DNA from: Steroidobacteraceae bacterium
GTDB taxonomy: Bacteria; Pseudomonadota; Gammaproteobacteria; Steroidobacterales; Steroidobacteraceae
DNA length: 32,040 nt
Assembly: GCA_049513435.1 (NCBI GenBank)
Contig: JBEKWD010000006.1
Coordinates: 1 to 32,040, forward strand
Reading direction: 5' to 3'
Part shown: positions 8,722 to 16,386 of the stretch, piece after piece
Layout of the letters: every line of letters starts with the position of its first letter
Position numbering within the stretch: the first letter of the stretch is position 1
Program-made: the position numbers and the translations under genes
Notes under the pieces: model-generated
The model's input: the letters and a program-made list of their open reading frames with translations, nothing else
Told to the model about the DNA's origin: nothing
The model's database searches: none

Positions 8722-11700
8722 ATATCCCGTCGCTATTCATTGCACGGCCCGTGGCCACCACGTTGCTGGCCATGGCGATCGCCTTGTCCGGTTTGCTGGC
8801 GTATTTCCACCTGCCTGTCGCACCGCTGCCGAATGTCACCTTCCCCGTCATCGTCGTGCAGGCATCCATGGCGGGGGCGAGCCCGGACATTATGGCCTCA
8901 ACCGTGGCCGAACCGCTCGAGCGGCGGCTCGCGACGATCGCCGGCGTGACCGAGTTGACATCATCCAACACAGTCGGCTCGGCGCTGGTCGTCGTGCAGT
9001 TCGCGCTGAACCGCGATATCAACGGCGCTGCACGTGACGTGGAAGCGGCCATCCAGGCGGCGCGCGCCGATCTGCCCACCACGTTGCGCAATAATCCCAC
9101 TTACCGCGAATACAACCCCGCGGACTCTCCGATCATCATCCTGGCATTGACCTCAAGCACGCTGACCACGGCACAGCTCTATGACTCGGCCGATACCGTC
9201 ATCCAGCAGCAGCTGGCGCAGATTACCGGCGTGGGTCAGATCACGCTCGGCGGCAGCGCCTTGCCCTCGGTCAGGGTTGAGCTCGAGCCCGACAAACTCG
9301 CCAGCTACGGCATCGGGCTCGAGGACGTGCGCGCCGCGATTGCCGCGGCCAACGCCGACAGCGCCAAGGGCTACATCGATCAAGGCGATCAGCGTTACGA
9401 AGTCATCTCCAACGACCAGGCGAGCAAGGCTGCGGACTATCGCGATCTCGTGGTTGCCTACCGCAACGGCGCCGCGGTGCTGCTGCACGACGTGGCCGAG
9501 GTCGAAGATTCGAACGAGAATATCCGCAACGCCGGCCTCTACAACAATGTGGCGACCGTGGGTGTGGTCGTCTTCCCGCTGCCCGGCGCTAACATCATCA
9601 AGACCGTCGGTCAGATCAAGAAAGTGCTGCCGTCGATCCAGGCAACCCTGCCGCCCAACATTCAGGTGCACATCGCGCTCGACCGCTCCCAATCGGTAAC
9701 CGCGGCGGTTGGGGATACGGAACGCAGCTTGTTCATAGCTGTATTGCTGGTGATCGGCGTGGTGTTCGTGTTCCTGCAATCCCCGCGCTCGACCCTCATA
9801 CCGGCGGTGGTCCTGCCGCTGTCGATCCTGGGCACATTTGGGCCGATGTACTTGCTCGGCTACAGCGTCGACAATCTCTCGTTGATGGCGCTGACCATCG
9901 CCACCGGCTTCGTTGTCGACGATGCCGTCGTGGTGCTGGAGAACATTGTCCGCCACGTCGAAGCCGGAATGGAGATCCGCGAAGCCGCGCTGCGCGGCAG
10001 CGCCGAGGTCAGCTTTACGGTAATCTCGATGAGCCTGTCGCTGATCGCGGTGTTCATACCGATCTTGCTGATGCCGGGTATCGTCGGCTTATTGTTCCAC
10101 GAATTCGCCGTGACGCTCTCGATTGCGATCCTTTTCTCGCTGCTGATATCGCTCACCATCACTCCGACCATGTGCGCTTACCTGCTCGCCCACGGCGATG
10201 CGCTGCACTCCAAGCGGAGGTGGGCGAAGTGGGTCGAGGCGCAGTTCGAGCGCTTTAAAAACGTCTATTCGCGTTCCTTGAGCGCAGTGCTGGATCATGC
10301 GCTGCTCGTGGGTGTGCTGCTGATCGCCATGATCGTACTGAATGTCTTTCTGTTCAGGCTGGTGCCCTCGACGTTCTTTCCGGAGCAGGACAATGGACTG
10401 CTGATAGGCCAGATCATCGCCGATCAAAGCATTTCCTTCCAGGCGATGAAGCAGAAGCTCCAACAACTGCAGGAAATCGTGCGGACCGATCCGGCGGTCG
10501 CATCGGTCATCGGCTTTACCGGGACCCGCGCCCTCAACACCGCCAATGTGTATGTCGAGCTCAAGCCCCTGGCGCAGCGGCACCAGTCGGCCGATCAGGT
10601 GGTCCAGCGCCTACGGCCAAAGCTCAATCGCGTGTCTGGTGCCCGATTGTTCTTGCAGGCGGTCCAGGACCTGCATATTGGTGGCCGCCAATCGGCCGCC
10701 GAATATCAATATACGTTGACCAGCGAGGACACCGCCGCGCTGAACACCTGGACGCCCAGACTCTTGACGGAGTTAGGCAAGTACCACGGCGATATCGTCG
10801 ACGCGAATTCGGATATGCAGCAGAATGGGCTGCAGACCTACGTCAACATTGCGCGCGCAAGCGCAATGCGCTACGGCTTTGCGCCGAACCAGATCGACAA
10901 TGTCCTCTACGACGCGTTCGGCCAACGCACCGTCTCCACGATTTTCAATCCCTTCAATCAATACTTCGTGGTGATGGAGGTGGCACCGAAGTATTGGCAG
11001 TACCCGCAGATGCTCGAGCGCATCCACTTCAGCCCCGCCGCCGGCAATCCGACGGGGACCGAGCAGACCCAAGCCCAGGGTGGCACCGTCAGCGGGGTCA
11101 CGCCTTACGCCGCGGTCTCAAGCGCGTCGAGCGCTGCCTCCGGCACCAACTCGCTGAACGCAAACGCCCAGGCCAATTCGGTTACCAACAGCATCTCCAA
11201 CAGCAAGGGCGGAAGCTCCACCGGCAGCGCGGACAGCACCGCGGCGGAGACAATGGTGTTGCTGCCCGCTTTTGCAACCTACCTGAACAATCATACGGCG
11301 ACCCAGGTCAACCATCAGAACGGGCTCGTGGCCGCGACGATCTCCTTCAACTTACCGCCCGGCGGTTCCTTGAGCCAGGCCTCCGCGAGCATCGAGAAGG
11401 CGATGCGCGATCTCGGCATCCCGGCCTCGATCCATGGCAGCTTCGCGGGCGCGGGACAGGTTTACGCGCAATCGATGTCGACGATGCCGCTATTGATCCT
11501 GGCCGCGTTCGCGGCGGTCTATATCGTGCTCGGTATCCTCTACGAGAACACCATTCATCCGCTCACCATCCTATCGACACTGCCTTCCGCAGGGATCGGC
11601 GCGACATTGGCGCTGCTGATCTTTGGCACGCCGTTTTCGGTTATCGCGCTGATCGGCATTATTCTGCTGATCGGGATCGTCAAAAAAAACGCCATCATGA

Positions 11701-12029
11701 TGATCGATGTGGCCATACATATGCAGCGTGAGCAGAAGGTCGAGGCGCAAGTGGCGATTCACGACGCCGCAGTCATACGTCTGCGGCCGATCATGATGAC
11801 CACGGCGGCGGCCGTGCTCGGCGCATTGCCGCTGGCGATCGGCATCGGCCAGGGTGGATCGCTGCGCCAGCCGCTCGGCATTACGGTCATGGGTGGGCTG
11901 ATCTTGAGTCAGGTGTTCACTTTGTACACGACACCGGTCATTTATCTATCTCTCGATCGCCTGCGCGTGAAGCTGCGCGAGTGGGTGGCGGGAATGTCGT
12001 TGCGCAAAAATTTGAGTGCCGATGCATGA
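8718..12029 (+). CDS. mdtC: RND multidrug efflux permease, MdtC-like, with a low-complexity periplasmic insertion
   Basis: The track ORF starts at 8673, but GTG 8718 gives the canonical N-terminus (V)NIPSLFIARPVATTLLAMAIALSG and overlaps the mdtB stop (GTGA). LPVAPLPNVTFPVIVVQASMAGASPDIMASTVAEPLERRL...DINGAARDVEAAIQAA...ATGFVVDDAVVVLENI...LLIGIVKKNAIMMIDVA matches MdtC. About 1103 aa, including the 11031-11255 insertion. Confidence 0.9.
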   Translation: MNIPSLFIARPVATTLLAMAIALSGLLAYFHLPVAPLPNVTFPVIVVQASMAGASPDIMASTVAEPLERRLATIAGVTELTSSNTVGSALVVVQFALNRDINGAARDVEAAIQAARADLPTTLRNNPTYREYNPADSPIIILALTSSTLTTAQLYDSADTVIQQQLAQITGVGQITLGGSALPSVRVELEPDKLASYGIGLEDVRAAIAAANADSAKGYIDQGDQRYEVISNDQASKAADYRDLVVAYRNGAAVLLHDVAEVEDSNENIRNAGLYNNVATVGVVVFPLPGANIIKTVGQIKKVLPSIQATLPPNIQVHIALDRSQSVTAAVGDTERSLFIAVLLVIGVVFVFLQSPRSTLIPAVVLPLSILGTFGPMYLLGYSVDNLSLMALTIATGFVVDDAVVVLENIVRHVEAGMEIREAALRGSAEVSFTVISMSLSLIAVFIPILLMPGIVGLLFHEFAVTLSIAILFSLLISLTITPTMCAYLLAHGDALHSKRRWAKWVEAQFERFKNVYSRSLSAVLDHALLVGVLLIAMIVLNVFLFRLVPSTFFPEQDNGLLIGQIIADQSISFQAMKQKLQQLQEIVRTDPAVASVIGFTGTRALNTANVYVELKPLAQRHQSADQVVQRLRPKLNRVSGARLFLQAVQDLHIGGRQSAAEYQYTLTSEDTAALNTWTPRLLTELGKYHGDIVDANSDMQQNGLQTYVNIARASAMRYGFAPNQIDNVLYDAFGQRTVSTIFNPFNQYFVVMEVAPKYWQYPQMLERIHFSPAAGNPTGTEQTQAQGGTVSGVTPYAAVSSASSAASGTNSLNANAQANSVTNSISNSKGGSSTGSADSTAAETMVLLPAFATYLNNHTATQVNHQNGLVAATISFNLPPGGSLSQASASIEKAMRDLGIPASIHGSFAGAGQVYAQSMSTMPLLILAAFAAVYIVLGILYENTIHPLTILSTLPSAGIGATLALLIFGTPFSVIALIGIILLIGIVKKNAIMMIDVAIHMQREQKVEAQVAIHDAAVIRLRPIMMTTAAAVLGALPLAIGIGQGGSLRQPLGITVMGGLILSQVFTLYTTPVIYLSLDRLRVKLREWVAGMSLRKNLSADA

Positions 12030-13468
12030 ACATCATCAGCTTCAAGTCGTGCATGATCGGCTTGATGAGCGCGTTGCTCAGCGGCTGTCTGGTCGGTCCG
12101 AACTACCACCGCCCGCCTGCGCCGGCGCCTGCACAGTACAAGGAGCTACCCGATTGGACGGCGGCCACACCGGCCGATGCGGCGCCGAAAGGCGATTGGT
12201 GGACCGATTTTCACGATCCGTTGTTGGATGAGCTCGAGCCGATGGTCGCAGTGTCGAATCAGACCGTGCGCCAGAACTACGAGAACTACCAGCAAGCGCT
12301 CGCCGAGGTCAAGGTCGCGCGCGCGCAATTGTTTCCGGCCATCGGCATCACCGCATCGGTGACCCGCTCGGGCGGTCCTGGCTACACGGGCAACGGCGTC
12401 GCTGCCACAAACGGCAATAGCGTAATCAATTCGGCTACGCTCGAAGGCACGGCCAGTTGGACGCCCGACCTGTGGGGCAAAGTGCGCCGCCTGATCGAGG
12501 AGAATGCCGCAATCGCGCAATCCGACGAAGCGACATTGGCCAACGCCACGCTGTCTGAGCAGATCTTGCTCGCCACTACCGTCATAGAATTGCGCATTGC
12601 CGATGCCAACATCGATTTGGGGCAGAAGACAGTCGAGGCCTATAAAGACTCGTTGCGTGTGGCGCAAGCGCAGGGCACAGCGGGTATCACGGCGACCCCG
12701 CCTTCGGCGGTCATTACCGCCCAGGTCGCGCTGGAGACCGCCCAGTCCACGCTCATCGGTCTGGGCGTCGCGCGCGCACAATATGCCCACGCCATCGCAG
12801 TGCTCGTCGGCAAGAATCCGGAGGATCTCGACATTCCGCACAGCGAGGCTCAGCCGACGCTGCCGACGGTGCCGGCAGGCGTGCCCTCGACGTTGCTGCA
12901 ACGCCGGCCCGACATCGCTGCCGCTGAACGCACCATGAAAGCGCAGAATGCCGCGGTCGGCATCGCCGTCGCGGCCTATTACCCGACGATCTCGCTATCG
13001 GGGGCTGCGGGCTTTTCGCAGTCGCCTCTGCAAGGTCTACTTCGCGCCGCCAATCGTGTCTGGTCGATCGGTGCGAGCGGTACCGAGACAGTGTTCGATT
13101 TTGGAGAGCGACATGCCGAAGTGCAGGCCGCAAAGGCCGCATACGAGGCTGCCGTCGCGAGTTATCGCAACACGGTGCTCAACGCGTTTGCGGATGTGGA
13201 GAACGATCTTTCCGGGCTGCGCATTCTCGCCGAGCAAGCGCAGGCGCTTGATACGGCCGTGCACGACGCCATCCGCGGAACGCAGATCGCGCTGGCCGAA
13301 TATCAGGCAGGCACGGTGGACTACACCACTGTGGCCGTGGCGCAGGAGACTCAGTTGAGCGATCAGCAAACTGCGCTCAGCATTGAGGAGAGTCGTTTGG
13401 TCGACGCCGTATCGTTGATCGGGGATCTGGGCGGCAGCTGGTCCGACAGCCAACTGCACAATCCGTGA
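12026..13468 (+). CDS. RND efflux outer membrane factor lipoprotein, NodT family
   Basis: ATG 12026 overlaps the mdtC stop (ATGA). The signal peptide ends in the lipobox LLSGC and is followed by LVGPNYHRPP, typical of NodT/OprM-type OMFs. Two OEP-like repeats follow (…RRPDIAAAE…). Confidence 0.9.
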   Translation: MNIISFKSCMIGLMSALLSGCLVGPNYHRPPAPAPAQYKELPDWTAATPADAAPKGDWWTDFHDPLLDELEPMVAVSNQTVRQNYENYQQALAEVKVARAQLFPAIGITASVTRSGGPGYTGNGVAATNGNSVINSATLEGTASWTPDLWGKVRRLIEENAAIAQSDEATLANATLSEQILLATTVIELRIADANIDLGQKTVEAYKDSLRVAQAQGTAGITATPPSAVITAQVALETAQSTLIGLGVARAQYAHAIAVLVGKNPEDLDIPHSEAQPTLPTVPAGVPSTLLQRRPDIAAAERTMKAQNAAVGIAVAAYYPTISLSGAAGFSQSPLQGLLRAANRVWSIGASGTETVFDFGERHAEVQAAKAAYEAAVASYRNTVLNAFADVENDLSGLRILAEQAQALDTAVHDAIRGTQIALAEYQAGTVDYTTVAVAQETQLSDQQTALSIEESRLVDAVSLIGDLGGSWSDSQLHNP

Positions 13469-13504
13469 CTGTGCCGCCTGCGCCGCAGCCGCTCCCGCTG
13501 CCCC

Positions 13505-14101
13505 TCAACCGTTGTCCCGCGCCTGCGCACGCGCACACGCCGGGCGCGAGACGATGCGCTGCACGTACTGCTCGATGAGCGGTGACTTCGGCAACAGCGG
13601 GCTCTGGGCAAAGAGCGCAAAGGTCGTACCGTAAAGCACATCGGCAGCACTGAAGCGCTCGCCCAGCAGGTAGGGCTGGCGCGCGAGTGCCCCGAGAACG
13701 ACCGGGATGACTTCCTCGACGCCGACCCATCCGGCAGTACCGCGCGGAACTTCGTGGTTCAGAAACTTCGATACAAAGGCCGGCTCGAGTACGCCGCTGT
13801 AGTAAGAGAGCCAGCTCAGGTAGGCGCCGCGCTCCGGCTCCCCGACCAACGGCCCGAGATGATTCTTAGGGTACTGATCGGTCAGATACAGCGCGATCGC
13901 AGAGGATTCAAAGACTACGGTGCCGTTGTCTGAAATCGCCGGCACCTTGCCATGCGGGTGCGGGTTGTCCGGATCGAGTGCACCGCTGCCATCGCGCCGG
14001 CGGATCGTGACCAGCTTGATCTCGTAGGGCACCTGCAGTTCCTCGAAAAGAAAGATCATGCGCGAGGAACGTGACTTGGGAGCGTGGAACAGAGTGAGCA
14101 T
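13505..14101 (-). CDS. glutathione S-transferase family protein
   Basis: 198 aa. The N-terminal thioredoxin-like block is MLTLFHAPKSRSSRMIFLFEELQVPYEIKLV...HGKVPAISDNGTVVFESSAIALYLTDQY, with a helical C-terminal domain. Confidence 0.8.
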   Translation of the reverse strand: MLTLFHAPKSRSSRMIFLFEELQVPYEIKLVTIRRRDGSGALDPDNPHPHGKVPAISDNGTVVFESSAIALYLTDQYPKNHLGPLVGEPERGAYLSWLSYYSGVLEPAFVSKFLNHEVPRGTAGWVGVEEVIPVVLGALARQPYLLGERFSAADVLYGTTFALFAQSPLLPKSPLIEQYVQRIVSRPACARAQARDNG

Positions 14102-14153
14102 GAGATGTGTCCATCCAGCAACGCACGCGCATCATTAACGGAATCGTCTGCGA

Positions 14154-14184
14154 GTGGCAAGCGCGGCACAGGCGTGGCAAGCGC
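14154..14184. repeat. direct repeat GTGGCAAGCGC x2 with 20-bp register, upstream of the GST gene
   Basis: Copies at 14154-14164 and 14174-14184 read directly, 53-83 nt upstream of the GST start (14101, minus strand). The second copy contains TGGC-N4-GCCA. A possible operator; function unknown. Confidence 0.3.
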
Positions 14185-14410
14185 CACAATTCGTCGCATG
14201 CGAATCCGTAAGACTGAAAGGAAAGTTCGTCGCTCAAGTTTGTAGGTACCCGCCGTCACCCGAATGAAACAGTCCCGTTTTCAATACGATACCTTCCGGT
14301 TCGAGCTGACGGCGTAGGTCGGCGAGAAGCGGGGTTTTCTGTTGGGCTTACGGGTGGCGGCAAGCGAGGGCGGTAAAACACCCCCGTCACCCATCAACTG
14401 GGAGTCCGAT

Positions 14411-15235
14411 ATGATGAACTCCGATTCAACTCACAAAGTGGTAGTTGGCATTCTCCTCGCCGTTGTGCTCGGCGTCGGGCTGTCCGTATTCGCTGTGCGC
14501 GCCAAGCACGACAGCGAGATCGCTCGCATTGCTCCGGCTCCCGCAGAGCTGGCACCGGCCGATCAGAACGCAACTGATGAGGCAGCGTCAGCGCCCAGCG
14601 CCGCGCAAATGCCGAGTGATGAGACGGCGGCTGCCTCGAGCGCGCCACCGACCGCTCCATCTGCCAGCAACGTTGCCAATGACACGACCGGTGCCGCGGC
14701 TGTCGACGAGTCCAAACCAGCCAAGTCGAAGGCCTCTGACCGCGCTGATCGCCGCGTCGCCAAGACGCGCAATAGTGGTGACACTGCCGACACACGGGTT
14801 GCCTCCGCAGCCAACCCGAACCCCGGCTCTGCGAACGAGAGGGCTTCAAACAGTTCGGACAGCGTGACGAGCAACAACGAGCCGACGCCGGCACCTTCTT
14901 CGGGTGACACGATGTCATCGGTTCCGGCGGGCGCGACTGCGGATACGCAGCAGGACACTGCGCAGACAAGGCAGGAAGCGGCGACGAGTAACAGTCCGGC
15001 TGCGATGAGTGTGGAACCGGTTGCTTCAGACAGTCAGATCACGGCTTACGTGAAGTCTGAGATTGCCACTGCTGCGCCCAACAGCAGTGTCGACGTCACG
15101 ACTACGGATGGTTTTGTGGCGCTGTCCGGATCGGCACCTAGCCAGGAGGCAATCGATCAGGCCAGGCGTGCCGCCCAGCGAGTCCCGGGCGTCAAACAAG
15201 TCGATGCCTCTGGGCTGATGATCATCAATCAGTAA
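14411..15235 (+). CDS. membrane-anchored BON-domain protein with a long low-complexity linker
   Basis: ATG 14411 follows GGGAGT. N-terminal TM (VVVGILLAVVLGVGLSVFAV). About 190 aa are rich in Ala/Ser/Thr/Asp/Pro. The C-terminal SDSQITAYVKSEIATAAPNSSVDVTTTDGFVALSGSAPSQEAIDQARRAAQRVPGVKQVD fits a BON (OsmY-like) domain. Confidence 0.75.
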   Translation: MMNSDSTHKVVVGILLAVVLGVGLSVFAVRAKHDSEIARIAPAPAELAPADQNATDEAASAPSAAQMPSDETAAASSAPPTAPSASNVANDTTGAAAVDESKPAKSKASDRADRRVAKTRNSGDTADTRVASAANPNPGSANERASNSSDSVTSNNEPTPAPSSGDTMSSVPAGATADTQQDTAQTRQEAATSNSPAAMSVEPVASDSQITAYVKSEIATAAPNSSVDVTTTDGFVALSGSAPSQEAIDQARRAAQRVPGVKQVDASGLMIINQ

Positions 15236-15255
15236 CCGCAGCGGCCTTCAAGAAC

Positions 15256-15294
15256 GGACCGGTGTGGCGATCGCTCGCCCATCGGTCCTTTTTT
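15256..15294 (+). terminator. rho-independent terminator after the BON-domain gene
   Basis: GGACCG (15256-15261) pairs with CGGTCC (15283-15288). Inner helix GGCGA-tcgc-TCGCC. Six T residues follow immediately (15289-15294). Starts 21 nt after the stop codon. Confidence 0.8.
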
Positions 15295-15366
15295 ATGCAT
15301 CATTGCTGGAACATGGAGGGCAATAAGACTAGTGACGGCAATGCGTGAGATGAGGAGCATGGCGAA

Positions 15367-16266
15367 ATGCCAACGGTAGCAGTTGTTCAATCAGGTACGG
15401 TTCTAGGCAATACAAGGCGCACACTGGAAAAGTTTGAACGCTATTGCATGCAATGCGCTCAGAAGGACATAAAACTGGCGGTCTTTCCAGAGGCATTTAT
15501 CGGAGGCTATCCAAAGGCGCTGACCTTTGGTGCCTCCCTTGGTATTCGAACTGATGCGGGGAGAAAGCTCTTTCGCGCTTACGCAGATTGCGCTATCGAG
15601 GTTCCAGGCCCGGTCACCGCCGCAATCGGCAATATTGCAAAAGCGGCTGCGCTCACTGTGGTGGTGGGCGTCATCGAGCGAGACGGCGGGACGCTGTATT
15701 GCACGGCGCTCTACATAGGACCAGATGGCGAGCCGCTCGGCAAACATCGAAAGCTGATCCCGACAGCTACCGAGAGACTGATCTGGGGATGCGGCGATGG
15801 ATCAACCCTAGGAGTCTTCTCCACGGGGTTAGGCAAGATAGGCGGCCTAATTTGCTGGGAAAATTATATGCCCTTGGCGCGCATGGCGATGTACACGCAG
15901 GGAATCCAAATTTATTGCGCGCCGACTGTTGATGACCGAGATGTCTGGATACCCACAATGAAACATATCGCTAGGGAGGGCAGATGTTTTGTATTGAGCA
16001 GTTGCCAGTTCCTACCCCGAGATGCCTATCCTGCCGAATGGCTGGAGTTTGCCCAGAATCTACCCGAGGTACCGATTCGTGGTGGAAGCTGCATCGTCGG
16101 GCCAATGGGGGACCTGCTTGCGGGGCCATTGTACGGCGAAGAAGCCATCGTCTCAGCGCAAGTAGATATCGCTCAGCTACCCGCCGCAAAGTTCGATTTC
16201 GATGTAGTTGGCCACTATGCTCGACCTGACGTTTTTGATTTCGCTGTTAAGAGTTCAAACATTTAA
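15367..16266 (+). CDS. nitrilase-family carbon-nitrogen hydrolase
   Basis: 299 aa carrying the Glu-Lys-Cys triad motifs in order: LAVFPEAFIGGYP, GKHRKLIPT, GGLICWENYMPLAR. Visibly lower GC than its neighbours. Confidence 0.85.
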   Translation: MPTVAVVQSGTVLGNTRRTLEKFERYCMQCAQKDIKLAVFPEAFIGGYPKALTFGASLGIRTDAGRKLFRAYADCAIEVPGPVTAAIGNIAKAAALTVVVGVIERDGGTLYCTALYIGPDGEPLGKHRKLIPTATERLIWGCGDGSTLGVFSTGLGKIGGLICWENYMPLARMAMYTQGIQIYCAPTVDDRDVWIPTMKHIAREGRCFVLSSCQFLPRDAYPAEWLEFAQNLPEVPIRGGSCIVGPMGDLLAGPLYGEEAIVSAQVDIAQLPAAKFDFDVVGHYARPDVFDFAVKSSNI

Positions 16267-16386
16267 ACGCGCAGATCGTGACAGTGGCGGCTCTCAGCAG
16301 AGTCGGGCGGAAGATTGCCAAAACCGCACTAATGACATTGAATGTACCGCTAGGCCAATAAAGCAAAGAAAGGCGCGGAGAGAGTA

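Noticed and set aside
9153-9956. Long antisense ORFs inside the efflux and other genes (for example 9153-9956, 10089-10583, 12146-12901, 16588-17349, 30017-31000, all minus strand)
   Set aside because: They are Arg/His/Gly-rich low-information translations opposite strongly conserved coding frames. No start context or motifs are present.
14155-14186. TGGCA elements as possible sigma-54 (-24/-12) promoters
   Set aside because: The GG-to-GC spacing is 10 nt in the first copy, and there is no GC at the correct offset in the second. The consensus TGGCAC-N5-TTGC spacing is not met.
14298-14305. GGTTCGAG T-loop-like motif in the GST/BON spacer
   Set aside because: No complementary stems surround it, so it is not a tRNA or tmRNA fold.
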